From a virus (Duplodnaviria; Caudoviricetes), in the IMG/VR virus record IMGVR_UViG_3300032117_000033, positions 1 to 55,952 of that record: DNA of 55,952 nt; one strand, written 5' to 3'. The translations under genes were made by a program, and so were the position numbers. Of this stretch, positions 34,220 to 43,891 are shown piece after piece. Under the pieces are notes generated by a model that was not told the origin of the DNA, searched no databases, and worked only from the letters and a program-made list of their open reading frames with translations. Position 1 is the stretch's first letter; every line of letters begins with the position of its first letter.

Positions 34220-37200
34220 GGATTGTTTGTGGACAAGACCAGCGAATAGGTGACTCCGTTATTCGTGAACTTCAAATAACCGCAAACAGTGCTGGTGAAG
34301 TTCCCCAGAGTCAGATTTGCCGCGCTGATTACGTTGGTAGCGTTTACGCTGGCCAGCGACGTTGCAGTATCGGCATTCCCGTGAAAACCGTTGCCGGCAT
34401 AAACATCCGGCGCACCCAGACTGACCGTATTCGTTGACTTGCCTACCACAGTCAATAACTGATTCGTGACATACCATTGAAAAGTTGAGGCTCCAGCATC
34501 GGTGATCTTGTTTTGCCCCACGTTATTCACAATGATGGTATTTACCGCCTCGCTTCCGACTGCTATCGAGCCGTTGTGTGCCGCCGTAGCTCCGTTGAAT
34601 ATGTTGTCAGTGAAAACAGTATTCGTTCCGTGGTTGCTGATTGCATCATAAGCCCAATCGCCATAGAAAACACTGTTTTGCACGATGGCACTAAGCGGAC
34701 TGCCGTATGAGGCCAGATAAAGTGCGTAGCCTCCTGTAGCCCCACCGTAGAACGAACACCGCTGAAACATCAAAGCCGTGCCACCGTATGCAGCCACTAA
34801 TATGCCGTTAGTAGGGGGAACAGAAAAGGAGCAACCTTCAAACAGCGTCCCATCATTAACACCGTTGATAAACGTTCCGTAACCGTATGTGCTCTGACCA
34901 TCACCCGTGCAGAAATCGCAATCTCTGAATACCGTATTGGTCGCTCCACCGTTGAACGTGATGGACACCGGCCCGTTCATAAAACGCACATCTTCAAACA
35001 GTTGATTGTTGAACGATCCCACATTGATGCTGTTGGTTTGCGGCGTGACTCCATAGATACGGATACCGCTGAAAGTTGTGTTCGGTCCATTGGCTTGGAT
35101 TGTCGAGTAGCCGCCAGCGATTCTCCACGAGTTAGTGATTATAATGTCGTTAAATCGAACGTCACTTGTCACAGCGGTAGCAGAGCCGGAATCGACCAAT
35201 GGTCCAGCCGAGTTTTCCAGATAGAAATGCGAGTAACTGACATTATGAGTGTAAGCGGTGGCAAAGCTATGGGTGTGCGCTGAAATGGTAAAACTGTAGG
35301 TGGTGCCATTTGTCGGGTACACATTCACAATTCTGCCATTCTGACAGAATACATTTACTGCCCCGTCCTCGGGTTCGATTGCTCGGTCGGAGTTTTCAAC
35401 ATCAATACCGTTTACAAACAACCCATTACCAGCAGTATCTTCAATCGCATTAGCCCAACCGTTTATGCCGCGCAAATTAGTGGCCAGGTAATTGAGCACC
35501 CAAACGTTAGTTGCTCCGTTAACCTTAATTCCAGACGCGCAGTTATCAATCCACAAATCTCTGATAACGTTGTTATTGCCAGCCAGAATAACCGGCTGAT
35601 CTGTGGTCAGGGGATTACTTGTAGCCGTTATTTTGCAAGATGATAAAACACAGTTACTTGACAGAACGAAGGATGAATTGGTTGTAATTGAAACGGTTAG
35701 AATGGTTCCAAAACCAGCACCTTTCAGAGTGATACCAACTGGAACACTCAACACGTTTGTTCCAAAACTATATGTGCCATCCGATAAATTCACAATGCCG
35801 GTTCCTATCGTTTGCATGGCATTGCTGATGGTCGTGGTATCATTTGCGCTTGGAGAAACCTGAACAACGCGGCCCGCCGTCACCGTCCCGCTCGCCGTGA
35901 TGTTGCCGTTGGTTTTATCAATGGTGACGGTGGTCGCGCCGTTATACCATTCCTTCTGCGAGCCTGCCGTCCACTCCGAGCTGGTCAGCGTGGCGGTGTT
36001 GGTGATGACGGTGTGGGTGCTGTCGTGCGTGAAGGTGCGGGTGCCGGAGGTGAAGGTGCCAGCCCCATTGGTCAACCCCACGCCGTTGATCGCCGAGCCG
36101 GAGGAACTGATGACGTTGGTGGTTTGAAAACCAATGCTGCCGTCGTGCTCTGCGTGGAACACCAAATTCGATCCGCCTGTGCTGGCGCTGTAGGTCCACA
36201 ATTCCGCCCAGCCACCGAGATAAGCCAGCGGATTGTTCCCCGCCAGAATCTTGGCCATTGGCCCCGGATAACCCGAGAACTCCAACGCGATGCCCACGTT
36301 CGCCGCGCTGTTATTGTTGTTCAGAATAAGCCCGATGTTCGTCGTGCTGTTCGCGTTGTTGGTAATCGAAAGGGTTGAAGTGTTCAACCAAGTTGCGCTG
36401 CCGTCCACATTCAAACCCGAAGCAGTCCCGGTCAATCCCGTTCCCGGCCCTCTGAAGTTAGAGGCCGTCACGGTCCCGCTGGCGCTCACGTTGCCGTTTG
36501 TCACCGATACCCCCGACGATGGAACGAACGTAAGCCCCGAACTCACAAACTGATTAGGCTCCAGGTCGATCTCGGAGCAAGTGCTGTCCACGGCCACCGA
36601 GTCTTTATACAGAAACGAGTTATCCTCAATCGTTGCCCCCACGCAGTTCGTCATCGCCAGCGCCATCTCCGAAGATGAACCGTTGCCTTCCCAGGTGTTC
36701 GCGGAAAAGAGAAGCTCATTCACTCCGTAAAGCACGCAGCCAACGCTGTTGTCCTCGCAATGGTTTTGCGAGATGGTCACACCCCCGTTGTTTGTAATCA
36801 TCAGCGCCATGCCGGTGTTTTCCTCCATGTCGTTGTGAATAATCTCAATCGTATTGCCATACCACGTTCCCAGCGAAGTGATGGAGACGCCATTCGTGCT
36901 CGACACCAAGATGTTGTTCCTGATTTGCAGGTTGTTGACGTTCGTGCAGGAAATACAGTTCTGGCACGCCCCGAACACGCAGGAGTCGATGTCTACGATC
37001 CAGGAGTTGGTGAGCAAAATGCCATACCCGTAATGGCTGATGTTGAGGTTCAGCAGCTTGTTCTTTTGAGACGATGGCGCAGCATTGACGATGGCTACCG
37101 TGTTGGCCGCCGCACCGCCGCCGCTGTAGAAGGCCAGGTTCCTGACTTCGTTCAACTGGCTCAGGGACAGCACAGGATTGGCCGTGCTGGAAACGAACCC

Positions 37201-39213
37201 GGTGACATAGGCACCGAGGCCGCCGTCGCCTTGCAAGCAGACTCCGATTGGCACGCTCAGGGTTCCCGAGACGGTGTAGAAACCAACCGGGAAGAACACC
37301 GAGGCTCCCGAGGCTCCGGTGGCTGCCGCGTTGATCGCAGCCTGAATCGCAGCAGTTGCGTCCGAGCCGTTAGGTTTCGCGCCATAGTCCAGTACGTTCA
37401 CCGCCGTGGCAACGCCGCCGCCGTTCCGGGTCAAAGCCCCGGCGAAGTTGTTACTGCCGGTGAAGGTCTGGTTGGCGGTGAGGGAGGCTCCGCTGCCAGT
37501 CGTAGCCGTCAACGTGTACTTCGTCGTCGCCCCGCTCACGTTGGTCACTATCGAAACACTGGCGTCACCGGCGGCGAGGACGGTGTTGTTCGTTTGGCCG
37601 CTGATGCCCGTCACGGTGCCAGTGAAGTTGTAGTTACCGTGCAGCGTCGTGACGTTGTTAGTCAGCAGCACTTCTCCAAAGTCCAAGTCGTAATTCCCGT
37701 ACCAAATTGAGTTGGTAAACCCAGGCTGAATCAGAACATGCTGTCCGGCAATGCCGGTAGTGAACTCGTTGAAGCGGTAGTAGTTAGTCCCCGCCGAGTA
37801 GTCCAGCATTCCGCCAAGAGCAAGCTGGCAGAAGTTGTTGTCGAACTGAACACCATTGCAGTTCTGGTAAACATAGACTGCCGCGCATCCGAGCACGTTG
37901 TTGTCCTTGAACAAGCATCCGGTTTGGCAGTTGGTGAAGTAGGCTCCCCAGCAGCAGTGGTTGAATGTGTTGGCCACCACGTTGTCGTGCGAGCGGCCAT
38001 CCAGCGAACGCGACAGGTAACCAAAGCTGCCCTCGTTTCCGCTGTTGGCCACGATCTCCTTGTTCGCCCCGTAGTTGTCGATCATCACCCAGCACTCCCA
38101 CATCTTATTACCAGTAATGACTCCATACTCCGCGCTGTCAGCTCCGTCCACTCCGAGCACGATGGCTTCGGTGCAGTTGGTGAGGTAGCAGGACCGGATG
38201 AAATAATGGTTATACTGATTGTTAATCCCCGGCAGGGAAGAGTAAACCGAGATGCCGTAGCCGCTGAAGTTGTAGACGTTCAGATCGGAAATGCGGGAGT
38301 TGTAAACGCAGTTGATCCGCATGGCGCTGCGGTTGCCGGGAGTCGGCAGGGCGCAGATCCCCGGACCGCCAGCGTAGATATTCGTGTCGTTGCCCTGGAA
38401 CGTTCCTGGGCCCTCCAGGCTGTTCCCCAGACCGTTCAACTCGAACAGGTATCCCGTGGCGTTGGTCTTGTATAGCAGGATGGAACCAGCCTCAAAGATC
38501 ATGTGCTGCGGGACGGTGGATGTTTGTGAACCAGTCAAGAACACCCCGGCCGGGAACAGCAGGTTGGTGCCAAGGGCCAATGCGTTCGAGATAACCAATG
38601 TGTTGTCCGTAACCCCATCGCCCACGGCTCCAAGGTCGGTGATCGAAACGGTGCCAACCAAGTGGGTGGCGGATATCGAACCGACAATATATGAAGCTGG
38701 CAAATTCCCATAAATAGTTCCACCTACATGGAGATCGTTGGTGATCGTCTCCGATTCGGCGTAGATGTTGATGAACTCGGAGTTGGTATCGGCCGGGTTG
38801 ATGCCAAGCACGGAGATCCCTCCAGCGAACACGTTGGGCGCAGTCCAATAATTGCTCGATACCAGAAGGTTCGTGCCCGATCCTCCCGACCCGGCCAGCG
38901 CCAGTTGCGCCTGCGTCGCCGCATCTAGCTTGTTGCTGTTGACCGAGCCCAGCGTCAGGTTGGCGCCGTTGAGCGCACTGGCCGACGTTAGCCACGGGGC
39001 TCCCTGGGCGGCCGTGGCGGTAGCGGCGTTGCCTGCGGTCGCCGCGCTGTTTGCGGTCGCGGCGTTGCCGGTGATGCTGCCGTGGATCGGCTGGGTGAAG
39101 GTGTTGACCCCGTAGAAGGTCTGGTTGGCGTTGGTGCTGGCCGGGTAAACCGGCGTGGCGGCAAACGAGCGCACGCCCAGCATCATCAGGATGAAGGCTA
39201 TCAAGATTCTCAT
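34216..39213 (-). CDS. Large signal-peptide protein with multiple pectate-lyase-like beta-helix domains (tailspike/depolymerase-like)
   Basis: MRILIAFILMMLGVRSFA signal; DLGAVGDGVTDNT and VNVLDYGAKPNGSDATAAIQAAI Pectate_lyase_3-type starts. Confidence 0.8.
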   Translation of the reverse strand: MRILIAFILMMLGVRSFAATPVYPASTNANQTFYGVNTFTQPIHGSITGNAATANSAATAGNAATATAAQGAPWLTSASALNGANLTLGSVNSNKLDAATQAQLALAGSGGSGTNLLVSSNYWTAPNVFAGGISVLGINPADTNSEFINIYAESETITNDLHVGGTIYGNLPASYIVGSISATHLVGTVSITDLGAVGDGVTDNTLVISNALALGTNLLFPAGVFLTGSQTSTVPQHMIFEAGSILLYKTNATGYLFELNGLGNSLEGPGTFQGNDTNIYAGGPGICALPTPGNRSAMRINCVYNSRISDLNVYNFSGYGISVYSSLPGINNQYNHYFIRSCYLTNCTEAIVLGVDGADSAEYGVITGNKMWECWVMIDNYGANKEIVANSGNEGSFGYLSRSLDGRSHDNVVANTFNHCCWGAYFTNCQTGCLFKDNNVLGCAAVYVYQNCNGVQFDNNFCQLALGGMLDYSAGTNYYRFNEFTTGIAGQHVLIQPGFTNSIWYGNYDLDFGEVLLTNNVTTLHGNYNFTGTVTGISGQTNNTVLAAGDASVSIVTNVSGATTKYTLTATTGSGASLTANQTFTGSNNFAGALTRNGGGVATAVNVLDYGAKPNGSDATAAIQAAINAAATGASGASVFFPVGFYTVSGTLSVPIGVCLQGDGGLGAYVTGFVSSTANPVLSLSQLNEVRNLAFYSGGGAAANTVAIVNAAPSSQKNKLLNLNISHYGYGILLTNSWIVDIDSCVFGACQNCISCTNVNNLQIRNNILVSSTNGVSITSLGTWYGNTIEIIHNDMEENTGMALMITNNGGVTISQNHCEDNSVGCVLYGVNELLFSANTWEGNGSSSEMALAMTNCVGATIEDNSFLYKDSVAVDSTCSEIDLEPNQFVSSGLTFVPSSGVSVTNGNVSASGTVTASNFRGPGTGLTGTASGLNVDGSATWLNTSTLSITNNANSTTNIGLILNNNNSAANVGIALEFSGYPGPMAKILAGNNPLAYLGGWAELWTYSASTGGSNLVFHAEHDGSIGFQTTNVISSSGSAINGVGLTNGAGTFTSGTRTFTHDSTHTVITNTATLTSSEWTAGSQKEWYNGATTVTIDKTNGNITASGTVTAGRVVQVSPSANDTTTISNAMQTIGTGIVNLSDGTYSFGTNVLSVPVGITLKGAGFGTILTVSITTNSSFVLSSNCVLSSCKITATSNPLTTDQPVILAGNNNVIRDLWIDNCASGIKVNGATNVWVLNYLATNLRGINGWANAIEDTAGNGLFVNGIDVENSDRAIEPEDGAVNVFCQNGRIVNVYPTNGTTYSFTISAHTHSFATAYTHNVSYSHFYLENSAGPLVDSGSATAVTSDVRFNDIIITNSWRIAGGYSTIQANGPNTTFSGIRIYGVTPQTNSINVGSFNNQLFEDVRFMNGPVSITFNGGATNTVFRDCDFCTGDGQSTYGYGTFINGVNDGTLFEGCSFSVPPTNGILVAAYGGTALMFQRCSFYGGATGGYALYLASYGSPLSAIVQNSVFYGDWAYDAISNHGTNTVFTDNIFNGATAAHNGSIAVGSEAVNTIIVNNVGQNKITDAGASTFQWYVTNQLLTVVGKSTNTVSLGAPDVYAGNGFHGNADTATSLASVNATNVISAANLTLGNFTSTVCGYLKFTNNGVTYSLVLSTNNP

Positions 39214-39214
39214 A

Positions 39215-39718
39215 TCAATACTGTGCTCCTAAGTTTCCAACGGGATCAACCACCAGGGTCCAGGTGTGGCCATTGATGTCGTCCAGGAAGTTGTTCGTGC
39301 TGGCAGGGCCGGAGACAGACTCAGCCCCGCGCAAGCCGCTGACATCCACCACCACCTGCCAGAACCCGCCAGCTCCATCGTCGAGGATGACCGGATTGGT
39401 GGCCGGTCCGGAAGACCGATCCGTGTACAGGTTGCCGTCCGTGTCCACGAACAGCGCCCAGAAGTTCCCGCTGTCATCCTCTAGGATGATGCTGGAAGTC
39501 AGTACGACAACTTCCACGCAGGACGCCAGGCCGCTGAAAGACTGGCAGTCCGGATCCGGTCCCCATCCCGGGCCGGGAATCACGGCATCGTAAGACCCGT
39601 AGGCGTAGTCGTTGATTACGTCCGGCAGGGTGGAGTCAAGACCAATGACTGGATTGGCGTCATCCGGGCAGACATTCCGCTTATCGCAAGGCATGCTCAT
39701 GGCCCGGTCCCAGATCAT
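39215..39718 (-). CDS. Structural or fibre-associated protein with three LxDxxGxxWxLxVDxxGxL repeats
   Basis: ATG at 39718 coupled to the upstream stop; repeats visible in the translation. Confidence 0.6.
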   Translation of the reverse strand: MIWDRAMSMPCDKRNVCPDDANPVIGLDSTLPDVINDYAYGSYDAVIPGPGWGPDPDCQSFSGLASCVEVVVLTSSIILEDDSGNFWALFVDTDGNLYTDRSSGPATNPVILDDGAGGFWQVVVDVSGLRGAESVSGPASTNNFLDDINGHTWTLVVDPVGNLGAQY

Positions 39719-39957
39719 ACCAGTTGGTCCAGCAGGTAGATGATCACCTCGTTCTGCATGCCTGCCGGGATGCAGTTGAAGGAGGTTGACTGGTAGGAGA
39801 CTGCCGCGTCCATCAACTGCTGCGGGGTCAGGTTGGTTCCCAGGATCGAGTTCAGGAGGTAGATGATCACCTCGTTCTGCATGCCGGTCGGGATGCACTT
39901 GTAGCAGGAGGAGTTGGCGATCAGTTGATCAACCGATGGTCGTGTCGTGCTCGGCAT
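39715..39957 (-). CDS. Small protein with an internal duplication (CIPxGMQNEVIIYLL twice)
   Basis: 29-bp direct repeat at 39734-39762 and 39857-39885. Confidence 0.7.
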   Translation of the reverse strand: MPSTTRPSVDQLIANSSCYKCIPTGMQNEVIIYLLNSILGTNLTPQQLMDAAVSYQSTSFNCIPAGMQNEVIIYLLDQLV

Positions 39958-39961
39958 AGTG

Positions 39962-40267
39962 TTATCCTAGCATGGCGCTCATCGGGCCGCCACCCCCACC
40001 GCCAGGGGCGGCAGCGGGTTCGGGGGCCGGTTGCTCCGGGGGCGGTTCCTCCTCCTGGGACCGGCTGGCGTACTTGACGATCGCCGAGTCCTCGGAAACC
40101 TGGGTGACTTCGAACTCGCACTTGTCCCCCACCTTGGGGTGTTCGGGGAACACGGCCAGCGGCAGCTCCGCCGTTTGGCTGTCGCCAGCCTCGGACTTGC
40201 CGGTAGGGGAATCCTTCGGTGCGGAGTCGGCCGGTGGGGCCGCATCGGAATAGAAATCTTCGGGCAT
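39962..40267 (-). CDS. Small acidic, Pro-rich hypothetical protein downstream of the capsid gene
   Basis: GAAAGG upstream; 101 aa. Confidence 0.7.
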   Translation of the reverse strand: MPEDFYSDAAPPADSAPKDSPTGKSEAGDSQTAELPLAVFPEHPKVGDKCEFEVTQVSEDSAIVKYASRSQEEEPPPEQPAPEPAAAPGGGGGGPMSAMLG

Positions 40268-40294
40268 AATGGCCTTTCAACATCGTGGCTGTTA

Positions 40295-40330
40295 GAAAAG
40301 GACTGGCGGCCAACCACTAACCGCCAGTCC
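40295..40330 (-). terminator. Intrinsic terminator after the major capsid gene
   Basis: 10-bp stem GGACTGGCGG/CCGCCAGTCC followed by TTTTCT on the minus strand. Confidence 0.7.
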
Positions 40331-40352
40331 CACCAAACCCCAACCCTCTCTC

Positions 40353-41882
40353 TTATTGGTCGGGCGGATTCGAGGCTGTCGCAGGCGGCAGCGTGAACGG
40401 CGTCTGGGACCCTAGCGGACCGGCGCCAGTTCCACTCGGAGGAGGAGTCCCGCTGCCAGTAGGAACACTGGAAACGAAGTTCTCCGGCCAGGTGGCTGGC
40501 AGGTCGCAAACCGGCAGGGCGCTGTTGTAAACCTGAGTCGGATACCCAGGATCCGCGCTGCACGGACTGATGTTCGGGATGCAGAACTGCTCGCGCTTAT
40601 GGAAGAACACTTCGGCAAACTCCGTGTGTAACGGGCGCACGTAGTACTTGAACCACGAGATGAACTGCCCTTTGTTTTCCCACTTGTTGCTGATGGCCGT
40701 GCCGGATTGATCGGCACCCAGATCGTGCATGGCGAAGCGCCACTTGCCACCGAAGTCGCGGTGACCGAATGGCATTTCGGGACTCAGCGGCCGGGCGTCC
40801 GGCACCAATAGCTCCATCGCTTTCTTGTGCCAGATGAAGCTGATGGCGTAGTGCGCCTTGTCGAAGTCCGGGTTGGCATCGCTGCCCAGCCCGGCTGCGC
40901 CACCGGCGCCCGTGGTGATGCCGTTCACATACGGCAGGACCACCTGGTAGCGGTAGCGGTTCGGAGCGGCAGAGGCTCCCAGGTCCGCGACAAAGTTGAA
41001 GCGCAACCCCATTTCGTCCACGCGGACCATGTAGTTGCCAATCTGGCCGGAGAACCCGTAGCGCCAGTACTTCTCGGTTTCATCGAAGTTCTGGAACCGC
41101 CAGTTGCCCAGCACGTTCGGGCTGTCGCCGCCGCCGATGCCGTTCTGGCCACCGAGGCGCTCGAGGTTCCAGCAGGTGTCCATGTCGGTCACCAGCTCGA
41201 TGTAGGGAGCGGTGTCCTTGAACGGATTCTTGCCAGCGTAACCGCGCCGCATCAGCGGGGAGAACCGGTTCTGCAACATCTGCGGAACCAGCATGAACAC
41301 GTTGTTCGGCGGCACCGAGCAGTTGAAGATCGACTCGTCTCCGTTGGCGTCCAGCGCCCAGGCAAAGGTGAACTGGTCCAGGGTGGAGTTCGCGGTGTTC
41401 TTCTGCTTGGCCCAGAGCAACGCGCGTTTGCGCAGGTAGTTGCTCGAGATGGCGGTGGTGGCCGGGCGCAGGATCTCGTTGATCAACTGCGAGATGTGCT
41501 GCTCGGCATGGGTGATGTGCATGTCCTGGTCATAGCACAGTAGCGGCGTAGCCCAGGTCTGTTGCTCGGCGTAGTAGGTCAGCCGGTCCGCGCCCCAACC
41601 GATGGTGTGTTCGGTGGGATCGCAGGGGTTGCCGGTGCAGCCGGGCCCGTTGGCGACCACCTTGGTCCACGGCTTGGTCGTGTTGGGCCAAACCGAGCGG
41701 AAGCGGTCCTGGGTGATTTCAACCGGCGTGCCCATAGGGGTGGTGCCGGTGCTAACATTCAAAAGCCATCCATCAGTAGGTCTTATATCTTCCATAATCA
41801 ATTCATCAAACTTCGGAGTTTGATCGACAAAGAATTGAGGGAGGTCACAAGCCTTGACGATGCCAGGGGTTGGACAAGACAT
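40353..41882 (-). CDS. Major capsid protein
   Basis: 509 aa; follows the scaffold gene, has a long structured leader and a downstream terminator; strongly biased codon usage. Confidence 0.75.
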   Translation of the reverse strand: MSCPTPGIVKACDLPQFFVDQTPKFDELIMEDIRPTDGWLLNVSTGTTPMGTPVEITQDRFRSVWPNTTKPWTKVVANGPGCTGNPCDPTEHTIGWGADRLTYYAEQQTWATPLLCYDQDMHITHAEQHISQLINEILRPATTAISSNYLRKRALLWAKQKNTANSTLDQFTFAWALDANGDESIFNCSVPPNNVFMLVPQMLQNRFSPLMRRGYAGKNPFKDTAPYIELVTDMDTCWNLERLGGQNGIGGGDSPNVLGNWRFQNFDETEKYWRYGFSGQIGNYMVRVDEMGLRFNFVADLGASAAPNRYRYQVVLPYVNGITTGAGGAAGLGSDANPDFDKAHYAISFIWHKKAMELLVPDARPLSPEMPFGHRDFGGKWRFAMHDLGADQSGTAISNKWENKGQFISWFKYYVRPLHTEFAEVFFHKREQFCIPNISPCSADPGYPTQVYNSALPVCDLPATWPENFVSSVPTGSGTPPPSGTGAGPLGSQTPFTLPPATASNPPDQ

Positions 41883-42109
41883 TTGTTTATTCTTTCTTCA
41901 AAACTAACAGTTACCGTTCGGAAAAGTCTCCGCACATCTACTGGTGTGCGTCTTTTCCGTTCTGTGTTTTGAAGCGAATAGCGGCTCTTGCGTCGCTTCT
42001 GCCCACATGGCCGATGCCGCTGCCAGTTTTTAACGGTGGTTGGTTGCCACCAACGCTTCAGAGCGCGTCAACTCAAAGCACCTATGGCACAGGGAAACCT
42101 AGCCGTCAA
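41883..42109 (-). promoter_or_regulatory. Promoter (TTGACG at 42109-42104) and structured 5' leader of the capsid gene
   Basis: Nested stems CTTCAAAAC/GTTTTGAAG, CGGAAAAG/CTTTTCCG, CGCACA/TGTGCG and AGCGGC/GCCGCT. Confidence 0.5.
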
Positions 42110-42160
42110 CAGAAGATTGAATGTTTCGTGCGCTAACTGCACGATGTAATATAGCCTATT

Positions 42161-42247
42161 TTATCCAGGCCATCTAGGCGTGCACTTCACAATTACCACT
42201 AGAAGCGTAACGATGATCGCTGAAAGAATTCCAACCAGAATCCACAT
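42161..42247 (-). CDS. Small membrane peptide (MWILVGILSAIIVTLLVVIVKCTPRWPG)
   Basis: Translated by hand; one TM helix. Confidence 0.4.
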   Translation of the reverse strand: MWILVGILSAIIVTLLVVIVKCTPRWPG

Positions 42248-42248
42248 A

Positions 42249-42557
42249 TCAATGCGCTGGTGGCCTGCTTACTCCTGAAAATCCAATCCTCGGGATGCGA
42301 ATGTCATAATCAATTCCTCCCCTCTGTTCCTTTGTTTCACCTCTCTGTTTGCGAACGGCTCCACGGTTAAGGTATGGAGTCCACATGGCGCTTCCGCCTT
42401 GCCACCACACCGAATCTCCCGGGGATATTCTCAAAGCCTTTTCGTTCTTCTGGACGTATATGGCGCATTGGGTATTTCTGGTTTCGTCGTTGTCGACCGT
42501 GTTCACCCACACACGATCTTCGAGAATGATGGTTTCTACTACAGTTCCTCCAACCAT
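42249..42557 (-). CDS. Hypothetical protein inserted between scaffold and capsid (MVGGTVVETIILEDRVWVNT...)
   Basis: AAGGAG before ATG 42557; AT-richer than the flanks. Confidence 0.65.
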   Translation of the reverse strand: MVGGTVVETIILEDRVWVNTVDNDETRNTQCAIYVQKNEKALRISPGDSVWWQGGSAMWTPYLNRGAVRKQRGETKEQRGGIDYDIRIPRIGFSGVSRPPAH

Positions 42558-42567
42558 ATTAACTCCT

Positions 42568-43860
42568 TCAATGCGCAATCTTCCTCAATGCCCCAAACAC
42601 CTGGTCCCTGGCGGTGGTAGCCACCTGCTGTCCGGTGGGCGCGTGAGGCTCCCCGGCGCCTGGCTCGACGCTCTTGTACTTGGCCAGCGCGGCGGTCAGC
42701 TCGGCGACTTTGGCTTCGAGCTGGAGAGCCTGGTAAGCAACTCGTCCAAACGCCGCTGCTCGGTTTCGGACAGCCGCGTGAAGCCGCACGACTTCGGCTC
42801 GCTGGTCCTTGGTGAGCTGTGGGTTGTTGGGGTTGACGGAGAAGGCCCGGTCGGACAGCTCGTATCCCTTTTGCAGCCGGGCGTTTCCCTCTTCGTCTCC
42901 TTCGACGGGCTTGAAGAGTTTTCCATATTTCTCATCGGCCACTACGGCCTTGTTGGCTTCCTCCCATACCTGGGCCTGCTCCTTGCGCAGGGCCTCCATT
43001 TGCTCCTGCTGCTGCTTCTGCGCCTGTGCGGTTCGCTCGCTGCCCAGCTTCTTGGCCTCTTCCAGCGCTCGCTGCTGCTGGTCAAACAGGCTGCGGATCT
43101 CCTTCCGGGCGCTCATCACATCATCGGCGAAGTTGCCGAAGGTTGACTCGGCCGCCTCACGGGCCTTCTGGAGCGGCAGGTTCACTAACTCCAGGAGATC
43201 GGCTGGCTGAATGGGGCGCTCGGCCCCGCTGGGATCCTGCACGGTCAGCTCGCCCAGGTCGGCCATCCACCGCTGCCAGGCCTGCTCATAGGGCTTCTGG
43301 TACTTCTCCTGGAACTCGGAACTCTTGGTGTAGTCCACATACTTGATGTGCTCGTCCAGTTCCTTGGCTCGCTTCTCATACTCCTGGGCCTTGGTTTCCA
43401 GCTCCTTCACCTTGGCGGGATCCACCATCGCCTTGCGCAGCTCGGCCAGCTCGGTCTCCGCCTTGAGCCGCGCGGCCTTGTGCTCGTCCACGAGCTTCCA
43501 CGGGCTGGCCTTCTTCTTGCCCTTGTCATCGGCGGCTGGTGCCTCGGTCGAAGATTTATCGGCGGAAGCGGCGGGTTCGTCAGTGATAGTAGTATCGGGA
43601 GGAGTATCGTCCTCTCCGGTCACCGGGGCTGTTTTCTTGGTGGCGGCCGGTTTAACCGGCTCCTCCTCCACCCCGGACTTCTTGCGCAGTTCGGAGAACA
43701 TCCGCTCCTTGGCCGATCCCGGCTTGGGCGGGGCGGAGGATGGTCCCGGGTCGGAGGCGACTCCGGCTTCGGTAACGTGGATCTCGGTGACCGCCTTTGA
43801 GGGCGGCGGAGTGATCGGCGCGGCGGGAGCCGCAGGGGCGTCTATAACGTCTGGTGGCAT
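42568..43860 (-). CDS. Capsid scaffolding protein
   Basis: 430 aa; Pro/acidic N-terminus and long coiled coil; lies between portal and capsid. Confidence 0.7.
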   Translation of the reverse strand: MPPDVIDAPAAPAAPITPPPSKAVTEIHVTEAGVASDPGPSSAPPKPGSAKERMFSELRKKSGVEEEPVKPAATKKTAPVTGEDDTPPDTTITDEPAASADKSSTEAPAADDKGKKKASPWKLVDEHKAARLKAETELAELRKAMVDPAKVKELETKAQEYEKRAKELDEHIKYVDYTKSSEFQEKYQKPYEQAWQRWMADLGELTVQDPSGAERPIQPADLLELVNLPLQKAREAAESTFGNFADDVMSARKEIRSLFDQQQRALEEAKKLGSERTAQAQKQQQEQMEALRKEQAQVWEEANKAVVADEKYGKLFKPVEGDEEGNARLQKGYELSDRAFSVNPNNPQLTKDQRAEVVRLHAAVRNRAAAFGRVAYQALQLEAKVAELTAALAKYKSVEPGAGEPHAPTGQQVATTARDQVFGALRKIAH

Positions 43861-43891
43861 ATTATTTAACGTGCACTCTTCTTTTACCGTA

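Noticed and set aside
39734-39885. 29-bp direct repeat as a CRISPR mini-array or DGR template/variable pair
   Set aside because: Only two copies, in frame within a protein repeat; no cas or reverse transcriptase genes and no adenine-specific mismatches.
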